The notes beneath the pieces were generated by a model that saw nothing but the letters and a program-made list of their open reading frames with translations, was not told where the DNA came from and searched no databases. A program made the position numbers and the translations under genes. Shown here piece by piece: positions 12,532-26,100 of a DNA stretch of 64,000 nucleotides (the stretch's first letter is position 1; the number at the start of each line of letters is the position of its first letter). The DNA is taken from NCBI RefSeq assembly GCF_964355755.1, contig NC_092676.1:28972871-29036870 (forward strand). The letters run 5' to 3'. Source of the DNA: Antedon mediterranea (Eukaryota > Animalia > Echinodermata).

Positions 12532-13695
12532 CTTGAAAAAAATACGACTCGTCTTTCTTGGTTGATAAAGATAAGATGATAATATCTGCTGCTGCAATAT
12601 TCAACTCTTTTACCACGACTAATGCACGCGCTAGCACATATGGACTAAAACACTACAGCATCATGCGTGATATAAGTGCTAAAAGTTTTTGGAATGTACC
12701 ATTTATGTAGAGGTTGAGTAATGACAAAGCAATAAAAACCGATTACAAAATATGTTATAATCAAAAATATAAGTTATAGAAATAATAAGTGTATTGTTTT
12801 AGTAGAAAGTTAACGAAAGATATAAATAATAAATATAATGATTTACAATATAAAAAGACATATTTATTAAGTATAGTTGATATACACATAATGGAATCTT
12901 CCGAATATTAAAATTAAAAACATTTCAAGCTAGTTAATACAACGAACATGTGTTAAAGCGGAAGATCAATAATCTTTCGTATGAGTGTATACGATCGCAT
13001 ACAGTTTGGATTGTTTCACAAAAAAAAACACTGTCCCTTTAATTTGTAGATACCCCTCTAATAAAAAAATCCTCAACTTTGTCGCGCACCAATGCCATCA
13101 ACAAGAAGAAGCACATTGTTCATGTGTGTGCGCGTACAGACGCGAAACAGGATTGCGGTGGTACGCGACTGATAGTAATTATTTTAGGGGAATGGACAAA
13201 TTTGATTGATTGATTAATAGTATTGCTTCATTTTTAACATAAAATTTCAAATGAATTATTAATTAAAATGACGAGTCACCATGAAACAGCCTCGCCTTCA
13301 GTTAATTATATTAAACGCTTTTTGACAATGACGCTATCATAATAATAACCTACTTAAGTCTGTATCCAACAAAAGGAAGATGTTCATACTTGTGTTGACT
13401 CGACACAATTTGACCTTTGGTAGAATATTCATTTGTTTGTACAAGTAGTGGTCTATTGATTGAAAATCTTCAACTTCGTATTGTAATGAGTTGAAGGAGG
13501 ACAATCTAGGTCTCAGACGACAGAGAACAACTATAGAAGGGACGTTCTGTGAACCAGATTTAACAACCCAGCAAAGTTCGGTAACACTCAACTTTTTCAC
13601 GAGATTGTATCAGCTTTAACTTTACATTACAACGCGGCAGAGTAGTAGGCCTACCAAGAAAAGGTAACCACACATCCAGGTTCTAGATACCAGAC

Positions 13696-16600
13696 CTACC
13701 AACGATAACAGCTCTGAAAAAAAAAGAAATAATTAAGTTTGTATTCAAATGATGTATACAATGTAATGTATGCAAATAATATGAGCTAGCATATAGGACT
13801 TTTGATAAAGCACCACCAAAATTTGGAGAACGATCTTACCTCCTTTGTCGTCGAGTACTGCTCTGCTGCAGCCCTTGGGGCAGGCACTACTTCTGTTTCT
13901 TTCATGTGCTCAAGTCCACCAAAGTTTCCAAGTCTCTCATACTTCCGCCATTTTGCACGTCTGTTCTGGAACCAAATCTAAAAGGATCTGTTATTATAAC
14001 TTCTATTTTTTTTCACACTTTATTGTATTTTATTTTCTTCTTTTGATATATTTTATGAATTTTGTGTGAAAAATAAAGAATACTCAAATAATCAATCAGT
14101 ATCAAATATTATAATTTTTCTTTATCTTTTCTCCACGATTTAAATTTATTTATGGAAAACCATAGAAGTTAAACCATAGAAGTTAAACCATAGAAGTTAA
14201 ACCATAGAAACATTGCTACCTGAATTCGTTCATCATCAAGATCGGTTGTTTCTGATAATCGCTTTCTTAAGTCATAGTTTGGATAATGTGTAACTCTGAA
14301 GATTTTTTCCAGGCCTGTTAATTGTTGAGATGTGAATGTTGTGCGCATGCGTCTCTGTCTCTTGCAGTCGTGCTCTGTCGGTTCCCGTTCGTTATGCAAG
14401 TAGTAATCTGGGGTAACTACAATAGAGAAACAAAATTGAAACACTTAATGCGCAATTAAGAAAAGGTATCACATAGAAATCACAAGTGATCACAAAGATC
14501 ACGAGTGCGTACAATTAATAATGTTTGAACGCGCGCGTCAAATTATGCGTTTCACCGTGGTTGTTATCATTGTTGATTTCTCTCTTTGCCAAAGAAAGTT
14601 GGTTACTACTACCACAACCATAATACATAATATTAAAGCTCACAAACTTTATTATATTGTAAACCTAAACAGAATTTGACCCTTTCCAAATCATAAACTA
14701 ATTTCAGGCCAATACACATAGTAAAGTAGAATGTTTAAATGCTGGGAATTTTAAAGTAAACTTCACTGAATTATATGAGCAATTGGTTGCCTGGAGAGGA
14801 CACTTGAATTGCTAGTTGTAAAAAATATTATCACAATTATAGATAATGGAGGTGTTTACGACTAAGTAAATCAAATTGGGAGGCCTTTAGCCTGGGTGCA
14901 GAACAATTATTAGGCTATACACATTTGCGGGAAAAAAGTATAGGAAAATGTTTTTTGGTTTTTCTAATAGAGTAATACCATATGGAATGTCAGAAAAAAA
15001 ATCCCCATCCCAGGGTCTTGGGGAAAATTTGTCATGGCACTTTTAAATTTTGGCCTATATAACACACACAAATTCCTATTAACACACACAAATACCTATA
15101 TATAGGGGATAGGGAAAATCAATTAACAGTTTTTGTTACTTGCAGTTGTGTTTTAATGATTAAAATTAGTAGAGGCTTACTTTAATAACTACTTCCCATA
15201 GTAGTTGATGAATCAAGTCGATACGATGACATCATCATGCCAGAATCCAATATGGCGTCCAATTTGGCGGGAAAAACAGGGTATTGCTAAACCCCCGCAA
15301 ACCCCTGGAAACCTAAAAAAAAACATAGAAAACCCCACCGAACCGACATAAAAGTGATTGAATCATGGAGTGTACGCCCCACTGGGTATGACCATGTAAA
15401 AAAAAATTAAAATTTCTACGGTTAACTACTTATTTTTGGGATAAAACATCATTTTTTGGTTAAAAATTAGCAATCATTTTTTACCAAAAAATGATGTTTT
15501 ACCCCAAAAATAAGTAGTTAACAGTAGAAATTTAATTTTTTTTTTTACATGGATATATCCAGTGGGTCGTACACTACATGATTCAATCACTTTTATGTTG
15601 GTTCGGTGGGGTTTTCTATGTTTTTTTTTAGGTTTGCAAGGGTTTGCGGGGTTTAGCAATACCATGTTTTCCGCCAAATTGGACGCCATATTGGATTCTG
15701 GCATGATGATGTCATTGTTATCGACTCGATTTATCAACTACTATGAGAAGTAGTTATTAAAGTAAGCCTCAGCAAATTTGAATCATCATAACACAACTCC
15801 AAGTAAAAAAAACGTGAATTGGTTTTCCCTATCCCCTATATATAGGTATTTGTGTGTGTTAATAGGCATTTGTGTGTGTTATATAGGCCAAAATTTAAAA
15901 GTGCCGTAAAAAATTATCCCCAAGACCCTGGGATGGGGATTTTTTTTCTGACATTCTATATGGTATACTCTATAAGAAAAAAATTTTCTTATACTTTTTT
16001 CCCGCAAAAATTTGTACTGCACCCAGGCTACTTAAATTAAAAGTAGCTTTAGTGTATTGTTTGTACAGAGACACGCGGGTGAAATACTGTATCAAAGTTT
16101 GAACGCACAACATGTCATCGTTTGTAGAGCTCTTTTTAGTGTGACAGGCAAATGTCAGCTTATGTATGTATTACGTTTTATGTTATGAACTCAAAGCTCT
16201 CATCACCTACACACTATGTTCCTATTTCTCACGCGGTTTGCGTTTATCTACTATTTATTACGTTTTATAGCATCAATATTTGAACTGATAAAACCTGTCG
16301 TTATACAATTGTAGTAAATGGATAATTTATAATGTAGACCTAATAATACCATAATTATTTTATGATTAAGTCTAGTGCACTAGCTAAGACTGACGCCTAA
16401 CCACCATAAACTGATATAATTAATTTATGATAACATGGATGTATGCTTATTTATTTGTTGACAAAGACTGTGCCACATCCATAACTAAACGAACATGAAA
16501 AAAAAAGGTTTTACTCCTGTTTATGATAAAAATGTAACATATCAACGCGCGCGTACAAAAGCCGTACAATTGTTATCAGTCTTTGTACGCGCGTGTCTCT

Positions 16601-17188
16601 AATGATGTCACGTATTTGAAATCAATACAAGAAACTATCTGTCCTACCTTTACTTGAAGCTTGTTTGGTGCCGCCGAACGGTAGCTCTACTTTCGATGAT
16701 ATTGATGACGTTTGCGAGAAATATTTAAATTCAACCTTATTTGTTTCAACATCCATCTTTTGCCCTTTTGGTAATTTGCAAGACGTGGATTGGTCACCCT
16801 GGCTTGTGGTCGATGTTGTGGGGACCGCTTCTTGCTCTTCGGTACACCTCACTGCTCCTATGGGAACATTGGAATCCTTTAAGACGAAGTCGAGTTCTTC
16901 AGATTGTGCGTCATCTTTGATAGCCGCCCTCGAATTGACATCCTCTAGGACTACTGTCTTTATTACTGGTCCTGTGGTGGTGGTGTCAGTATTAACGTAA
17001 TTTCCAACCGGAGCTGCGATAGCAAATTGGTCCGATTGCAATCGACTAGAACCAGATGCATCATAAGTAGGCGTATAGTGGTGACCAACGCCAGATGGGG
17101 AACATATTCGACGGTCTGCATCTACCGTTTGCAAGATTGATTCAATAGAGTGCTTTAAGACGAATGGCTTTCTTCTCTCCACCGCCAT
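13696..17188 (-). CDS. Isx: PRD-class Q50 homeobox protein, Isx-like, copy B
   Basis: Exons 16648-17188, 14220-14416, 13840-13977 and a probable last exon 13696-13713. Same structure as copy A, intact frame, a few amino-acid changes and a 1-codon insertion. Confidence 0.8.
14888..16030. mobile_element. Non-autonomous foldback DNA transposon (1143 bp, almost entirely inverted repeat), 3-bp TSD CTT
   Basis: Termini TAGCCTGGGTGCAG...CTGCACCCAGGCTA. Arms of about 570 bp meet at a loop of about 10 nt near 15467-15476. ctt at 14885-14887 and 16031-16033. The empty site ggccttaaatt is present in copy A near 3031-3041. Confidence 0.92.
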
Positions 17189-18259
17189 CAATTTACATTA
17201 ACATTATCGTCTGATTCTGTCAAAGATCGACCGGCGGCCCAACCTTTATGAAGTTATTTTTATTTGACGTTTTGGTCGTCTTCTTATCATGGCGCGTAAA
17301 ACAACTATTGTCTGATCTTTCTGATGCTGACGCAAACGCGTTGCTCTTATCTGATATAAAGTTGTAAAACGCAAGACGTGTTTACTTTTGGACTAGTTCA
17401 TTATTAATATAGGGTAAGTTGAGAATATAAACATCGTATACGACTTATTTTCGCAAGTATCTCATTGGGATGCTATGAAGTACGAACGTAACTGCTGCAC
17501 CACCCGAATTCAATGCACAGTTTGAATAAAGAAACACAGCAAAGTTTTTGGGATATTCTTGTATTATTTTTATTTTACATATGAATTCTGATATCATCAA
17601 TCATGAGGCAAGGTAACTATTTGGCCCATCCAATTAATACACTATCTTTTCGTATTCAGAAATATGCACAAAATATTTTAATTGACATTTTTTCGAACGC
17701 ATGCGCTCTCATACAAACAATATGTTTTTGCATTTGTTTACAATACGTTTGTTTGTAAATTATAGCAACATCCTGACAACATATTAATATTTCGTTGCCA
17801 GGATATCATTTTGAAATTCACCCAAAAAACTACATTCTTGTCACATTGTCTGGGTACAGTACTGCCGTGGTAAATATAATGCTATTGTCTTTATCATCAG
17901 TAATTTGCCGAAACAAAAATTATTTATCATTTTGACAGCAAAAAAATGTTAATTAAACTAGCAAAGATTGAACGTCCAGGATATGGCAGACGATTAGAAT
18001 GATTATATCTATAACAATCTTAATAATAATGATAATAATAATAAATTCAATTGTACAGTATACAAAGAACTGGGATAATATAGTAATTATACCAATATTA
18101 CAAAAAAAATATGATAGAGCATTCAATATATGACAGCGAATACAGTTTTATTTAAAATTTCTTAGTACAATGTTATATACAATATCTCTAGCCACGTCTT
18201 CCTACTACTTCTACTAATACATAAAAACAAATGTGCTAATGTTGTATGTGAAATAACAT

Positions 18260-18730
18260 ACCAATAATATATTGATATCAATACCAAAATGATATCAATA
18301 CCATATTGATATCAATACCATATTGATATCAATAACATATTGATATCAGTACCATATCATATCAATACCATAATGATATCAATAACATATTGATATTAGT
18401 TCCATATCATATCAATACCATGATATCAATAAGATATTGATATCAATACCATATCAATACCATAATGATTGCATATCAATACCATAATGATATCAATAAT
18501 ATAGTGATATCAATACCATAACGATATATCAATACCATAATGATATCAGTAATATATTGATACAAATACTAAAATGATATATTAATATGATATCAATGGA
18601 ATAATATCAATACTTTAATGATATAAATAATTGCAATATCAATATCACAATGATATCAATATTTGTAATATCAATATCACAATGATATCAATAATTTGAA
18701 TAATGCAATAATAGTACAGTATATCAATAA
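18260..18730. repeat. AT-rich degenerate satellite (GATATCAATA-based), copy B
   Basis: Homologous to 5495-6060. Similarity between the duplicated blocks ends at its distal edge. Confidence 0.9.
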
Positions 18731-19517
18731 TCTATAATATTAATTTTTTTTTATATCAATAATTTTGACCAAAAATAAATGTATATGATGTCTTTATGGA
18801 ATGGCCGCAAACTATTTCTGTTTTCATTTACTTTTACATAGATTTGTCCTGTATATTCAATTCACATTTTTGTTTAGATTTTACAAACATGAAATTATAT
18901 AGAAATAATATATGACACAAATAAAACTCAAATTCATTAACTATATAAAAATAAGTTTCTCAAACACTTTTGGGAAAGATTCTTTTTTTGTATTTTGGTT
19001 TTGCTTTGAAGTTGTTAAAACAAGTAAAAAAGAAAATTCACATTTCAATCACAACTTTGTTGTTATATTTTTTTTACGCTTTTTAAACGGATATTTATAT
19101 TTTTACAAAATTGATCATTTATTTTACAAATCATACCATTCATAAGGAAACTTAATTTTGATTATATTATTGTATTTTAATCAATATTCTTTATTATTAA
19201 CTTTTAGCTGGATTTTGTCAATTTTCCAATTTTGTCAATTTTCCATAAACCAATGTTATTTCTTTAACTAATCCTTCAAAATCTGTTAATGAACTTTTAT
19301 AATTGTTGCCTGTTTTGTTGTTGAATGTTGTTTTCCTTAAGATTATGCTAATTATTTAGATAATAATATGACGAGGGCCTTTGTTTGATTACACAACAAG
19401 TGCTGCGGTTAGCGTAAATCAATACACAAACAAATCGTCAGAGGACATACACTACATTACATTTAAAAAAAGATTTAAATCAGACATAATATGGATTAAG
19501 ACCACAATACTGTGGCT

Positions 19518-19766
19518 ATCAAGAGTGATAAAAAATATGAGGATTAACAAGGATTTGTATCAAGAGGGATAAAGCGATATGACGAGGATTAACAAGGATT
19601 TGTATCAAGAGGGATAAAGCGATATGACGAGGATTAACAAGGATTTGTATCAAGAGGGATAAAGCGATATGACGAGGATTAACAAGGATTTGTATCAAGA
19701 GGGATTAACAAGGATTTGTATCAAGAGGGATAAAGTGATATGATGAGGATTAACAAAGATTTGTAT
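19518..19766. repeat. 45-bp minisatellite, about 5 copies, downstream of the AP2A stop codon
   Basis: ggattaacaaggatttgtatcaagagggataaagcgatatgacga recurs at 19541, 19586, 19631 and 19676. Confidence 0.92.
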
Positions 19767-20158
19767 TTATGAATAATCCTGAATCTGGAGAGAGAAAAAT
19801 ATACTTTCTTTTATTTTTTTTATAAGAAATACATGTTTACGACAACATAACACTACATACTATCTGTAACACTCAAATACAACATCAATTTAGATTTTTA
19901 AAATATACTACACAATTAATACACATAAAATGTACGCTCATTCAATCACTATTTTAATCATTTCATTTAATTCTTACGTCGCAATCCCCGTCATACAATT
20001 CAATAACTTTAGTTCAAGAGAAATGTTACCAAAGTAATGAAATTGAATACATCATTTCGAGTTGTGTATTGGAAACGAAGTTTATCACTACAAACGTGCA
20101 AATAGCTGTGCCGGATTCTGTTCACTGGTTTCACAAAGGGATAGGGGGCGCTATTTGA

Positions 20159-23100
20159 TCAAAACTGCGTTGTTAACAATCTACACAATTCTTTCGATAC
20201 AGATTCACGACTTGTTCTTAATGTGAGACGGTACATCTGAAATAAAAATTTGGGCTTTATCAAGTCAAACTGAGGTACACATTCATCCTAGAACTGAATA
20301 TAACTGGATGTATTGTTTTAGGGAAGACTAAGTATTTAACTGGATGTATTGTTTTAGGGAAGACTAAGTGTTTAACTGGATGTATTGTTTTAGGGAAGAC
20401 TAAGTGTTTAACTGGATGTATTGTTTTAGGGAAGACTAAGTGTTTAACTGGATGTATTGTTTTAGGGAAGACTAAGTGTTTAACTGGATGTATTGTTTAA
20501 GGGAAGACTAAGTGTTTAACTGGATGTATTGTTTAAGGGGAGACTAAGTGTTTAACTGGATGTATTGTTTTAGGGAAGACTAAGTGTTTAACTGGATGTA
20601 TTGTTTTAGGGAAGACTAAGTGTTTAACTGGATGTATTTTTTTAGGGAAGACTAAGTGTTTAACTGGATGTATTGTTTAAGGGAAGACTAAGTGTTTAAC
20701 TGGATGTATTGTTTTAGGGAAGACTAAGTGTTTAACTGGATATATTGTTTAAGGGAAGACTAAGTGTTTAACTGGATGTATTGTTTTAGGGAAGACTAAG
20801 TGTTTAACTGGATGTATTGTTTTAGGGAAGACTAAGTGTTTAACTGGATGTATTGTTTTAGGGAAGACTAAGTGTTTAACTGGATGTATTGTTTTAGGGA
20901 AGACTAAGTGTTTAACTGGATGTATTGTTTAAGGGAAGACTAAGTGTTTAACTGGATGTATTGTTTAAGGGAAGACTAAGTGTTTAACTGGATGTATTGT
21001 TTTAGGGAAGACTAAGTGTTTAACTGGATGTATTGTTTTAGGGAAGACTAAGTGTTTAACTGGATGTATTGTTTTAGGGAAGACTAAGTGTTTAACTGGA
21101 TGTATTGTTTTAGGGAAGACTAAGTGTTTAACTGGATGTATTGTTTTAGGGAAGACTAAGTGTTTAACTGGATGTATTGTTTTAGGGAAGACTAAGTGTT
21201 TAACTGGATGTATTGTTTTAGGGAAGACTAAGTGTTTAACTGGATGTATTGTTTTAGGGAAGACTAAGTGTTTAACTGGATGTATTGTTTAAGGGAAGAC
21301 TAAGTGTTTAACTGGATGTATTGTTTAAGGGAAGACTAAGTGTTTAACTGGATGTATTGTTTAAGGGAAGACTAAGTGTTTAACTGGATGTATTGTTTTA
21401 GGGAAGACTAAGTGTTTAACTGGATGTATTGTTTTAGGGAAGACTAAGTGTTTAACTGGATGTATTGTTTTAGGGAAGACTAAGTGTTTAACTGGATGTA
21501 TTGTTTTAGGGAAGACTAAGTGTTTAACTGGATGTATTGTTTTAGGGAAGACTAAGTGTTTAACTGGATGTATTGTTTTAGGGAAGACTAAGTGTTTAAC
21601 TGGATGTATTGTTTTAGGGAAGACTAAGTGTTTAACTGGATGTATTGTTTTAGGGAAGACTAAGTGTTTAACTGGATGTATTGTTTTAGGGAAGACTAAG
21701 TGTTTAACTGGATTTATTGTTCAGAATTGTTTTAGGAAAGACTAAGTGTTTAACTGGATGTATTGTTCAGAATTGTTTTAGGGAAGACTAAGTGTTTAAC
21801 TGGATGTATTGTTCAGAATTGTTTTAGGGAAGACTAAGTGTTTAACTGGATGTATTGTTCAGAATTGTTTTAGGGAAGACTAAGTGTTTAATCTTTTATT
21901 TTATAAAAACAGTCACATGTCACTTTGTGGCCTCACAGCAATATTGCACATGCTTTACAAGGTGATAGCAAACATAAAAAATACAGACGAGAGGGAAACT
22001 GCCGCAAAGAAAGGAAATTAAGCATTAGGAGCTCGATATAAAAAAGAGTGTTTATTGGTGTTTAGAGCTGAAAACGGAACTACATGAAAAACTCAACTGT
22101 TTAGAATGCTTCTGCGATTTAACGAAAGATTTTGGTCCCTTAACAGAAATGGGGATGCGTAGCAAAGATAGCCCTTGAGTAAGAAAATATTTTCAAAAGT
22201 ACCACTTACCTGAGCTTGTGCATTAGGTTCTAGCCTCATTAGGCAACCAATCTGCAGCTCTCTTGTTTTTAGGATACCAGAGCATACAAAGTTATCTGGA
22301 TTCGGATCTACATTTTCCAACAATCCCATACCAAAGCCGATTAGCTGTAAAATAAGTATATCTGTGTTGTATTTTGTGCATTGTATCTGTTCTGAGGGTC
22401 CCAAATGATCAGCAATATCTGGATGGATCACCCTCATTAAATATGGTTTAAATAAATTAAATAAATATTATATAGCGGGACGAATCCTGTCCATAAATAA
22501 GACAAAATAAAATACTACTGTCCAGATGATGATAGAGACATAGACCTAGATAAAGCATCAAGGCCAGAACTCAAGCCAACTTACTCAACAACTACCCACA
22601 ACCCTGATTATTTCTTTCCTTGGATAAAACCTAGATAAAGCAAGTACTCAAGTCAACTACCACGTACAATTTTGATTAATTGTTACCTTAGCATTATTAG
22701 CCTGTCGGTCCATTGGAAGGGCTGCCTTAAAAATATTCTGTGCTTCTTGAGATGGGCTGAAAAGAAAAGCATTACAATTGTAAAATTAATGGCAACAAAC
22801 AATATTTCCAAATTGCATATGATGTCATAAGAGAATACAATTTATAAAATGGTGGGAAAAAACCAAAAGGAAAAGGCTCATTATTATGGCTAAACCTTAT
22901 AAAAAAAGAACAATCTAGATATAAAAATAAACTGTTAGATTAAGGAATCACAGTCAAGCTTAGGAGTTAGTACTTCCCAAATGTACTAGCTGTATCTTAC
23001 ATATTAAGCTGTTTCCATCTGGAAAAGAAATCAGCGGAGTTCATCTCTGCAGGCTGAAAGAATTTAGATACCATGACGGGAGCTTTAAGATTTACAAATT

Positions 23101-26100
23101 GCTTTGAACCACCGTACCTAAAATAAACAACAACAAAAACAGAATAAGAAATTGCCAAATATTTTTTGAACTTACAAACAATTGTATATAACCTAAAGCT
23201 CTGTCTACACTATCAAACTTTATGCGACAAAATAAAGTGATGTGCCCATATATGGACATGATGATGTCAATTGTGATATAACTACCATATTTGGGCAAAT
23301 CAAACTAATTTGATAGTGTGAACAGAGCTTAAAGCCATAATCACTCACATGAATGAAATATAATGTGCCCATAAATGAACATGATGATGTCATATAACTA
23401 TCATATTTGGGCAATTTAAACTAATTTGATTGTGTGAACAGAGCTTAAAGCGATAATCACTTACATGAATGAAATGCTAATTCTAGGTGCATCTGAAAAG
23501 TCCTCAATACATTCTACATTTATCATCTGTTGTACTTGCGCTCCACAGTCGATGGTACCACCAACATCGTCAGACTGAACAGCGATCTTAGACCTTAAAT
23601 CGTTCGGACAGCTAACTACAGTTGAGAAGTCTGTGAATTGATAGCTAGTCTTGTTACCAAAGAACAAACCTATTCGTCCAAGGTTCATTCGGTACTCAGA
23701 TTTTACACCAATCTGAAGAAGCTCATTCTCAAACAGTACCCCATTGTTCTTGCAGATAAATCTTTAAGAAAAAAATAATCAAATTGGCACTAAACTAATA
23801 TCACCAATTAAGTAATAATAATATATGAATGTCAACAATCCTGACATAGTGCCAGGGTTGTAAATAATGACTTTCAACTCCACTCGCTAAGCCTCAAATG
23901 AGACTTAGTTTATAAGCACGATAAATTATAAAATATTTTATCCATCCTGTAATTGGCAAGTTTGTGTCCGCTGGTGGATGTGAATGAAATAAAAATAATA
24001 TTTTACTTACTTGTTAAAATTCTCTTCAGCACCAGGCGACAAAGTATTTGGATCGCCCATTGAAACTGAAGCAGGCGCGCTCGGGGGACTGCCGAACATG
24101 TCAACAAGTAATGATGAGTTATTAGTGGTGGGGGCGGCATTCAGTGATGCTGGCTGCGAATCAAGACCGAGAAGGTCTATTGACGCTGGGGGCGCAGTTG
24201 GCAATGGTGGTTGCTGCATCTACAATAACATAAATAACAAATAATCTTACTATGGTGTAAATGTATTTAATATTTTAATTTAATTTATACCAGAATGTTA
24301 CAATTTGCCTCAATGCAAATGTAGTTGGTAGGTAGTATAGGCCTTTTTCACAAAACGGTGAACATAAATTAAACAAATTCTTATGAGAGTAGAAATCTTA
24401 TTTTTCTTTATGCCGCATATATCTACAATCTTTTACAAAGTGTATTAAAATTTCTAAAAATACCTGTGGTGTGGGGTCATCCGTGCTGCTCTCTCCGCCG
24501 ACGTTGTTAATTGACACACCTGGCATTGCTTTTGATTTTGTTTTCTCTTCTTCTTGGAATCCCAATGGTTTCTTCTTCTTTAGTTTAGCAAGCAGTGATG
24601 ATTCTCTTTCAGGAAATGGGGGCATTTCCTCCAAAACAGTTGCCTATGGGAATATTGAGTTAAATTATTGTTATTTACGATTTTTGATGGATATGTCCAA
24701 AAATTCAAAATGATTCTACTCAAGAACAGGAATTCATGCCAAAATTACATTAATATTTTTATTATCCATTCTATCACATTAGTATTCTAATTTCTGTATC
24801 CCGTTTGCCCATTGAAACACACTTTTAAGTTATAATGTATGTCAAAAATAAATGCAGTCAGAACCTTTTTGGTAACAGAAACTTGTTTTCAGTTGTCTGC
24901 CCTCCTCCTGTATGTCATTCTTATAGGGGAGGCCAATGTGTTTTTATGCTATAATTTGTTGTCTGCCCTCCTCCTGTATGTCATTCTTATAGGGGAAGCC
25001 AATGTGTTTTTATGCTATAATTTGTTGTCTGCCCTCCTCCTGTATGTCATTCTTATAGGGGAGGCCAATGTGTTTTTATGCTATAATTTGTTGTCTGCCC
25101 TCCTCCTGTATGTCATTCTTATAGGGGAGGCCAATGTGTTTTTATGCTATAATTTGTTGTCTGCCCTCCTCCTGTATGTCATTGTTATAGGGGAAGCCAA
25201 TGTGTTTTTATGCTATAATTTGTTGTCTGCCCTCCTCCTGTATGTCATTCTTATAGGGGAGGCCAATGTGTTTTTATGCTATAATTTGTTGTCTGCCCTC
25301 CTCCTGTATGTCATTCTTATAGGGGAGGCCAATGTGTTTTTATGCTATAATTTGTTGTCTGCCCTCCTCCTGTATGTCATTCTTATAGGGGTGGCCAATG
25401 TGTTTTTATGCTATAATTTGTTGTCTGCCCTCCTCCTGTATGTCATTCTTATAGGGGAGGCCAATGTGTTTTTATGCTATAATTTGTTGTCTGCCCTCCT
25501 CCTGTATGTCATTCTTATAGGGGAGGCCAATGTGTTTTTATGCTATAATTTGTTGTCTGCCCTCCTCCTGTATGTCATTCTTATAGGGGTGGCCAATGTG
25601 TTTTTATGCTATAATTTGTTGTCTGCCCTCCTCCTGTATGTCATTCTTATAGGGGAGGCCAATGTGTTTTTATGCTATAATTTGTTGTCTGCCCTCCTCC
25701 TGTATGTCATTCTTATAGGGGTGGCCAATGTGTTTTTATGCTATAATTTGTTGTCTGCCCTCCTCCTGTATGTCATTCTTATAGGGGAGGCCAATGTGTT
25801 TTTATGCTATAATTTGTTGTCTGCCTTCCTCCTGTATGTCATTGTTATAGGGGTGGCCAATGTGTTTTTATGCTATAATTTGTTATACTTTGCATCTTTG
25901 TTATGTATTCTACTTTCTATTCTATTTGAATATCAATGTTTTACCAAAACTTCTGTGCTTGTCCTGTTAGAAAGCTGTAGATACTCTACAGCACGCTGTT
26001 GTAGTTCAGCATCTGCATTTCTTAGTTGGTTATCAGTTTGCAAAACCTGCAAGAAAAAAAGAATTTAAATTATGTTTTTACTTGATCTAATCTAGCCTGT

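Noticed and set aside
15474-16040. ORFs inside the foldback element as a possible transposase
   Set aside because: They are under 90 aa, show no DDE or other transposase motif, and the element is essentially all inverted repeat.
20301-21891. 36-bp repeats suggestive of a CRISPR array
   Set aside because: Units are head-to-tail with no unique spacers, there are no cas genes, and the context is a eukaryotic intron.
24839-26068. 409-aa plus-strand ORF resembling a multi-pass membrane repeat protein
   Set aside because: It is a stop-free reading of a 66-bp minisatellite, antisense within an AP2A intron. The units are near-identical at DNA level and there is no independent gene structure.
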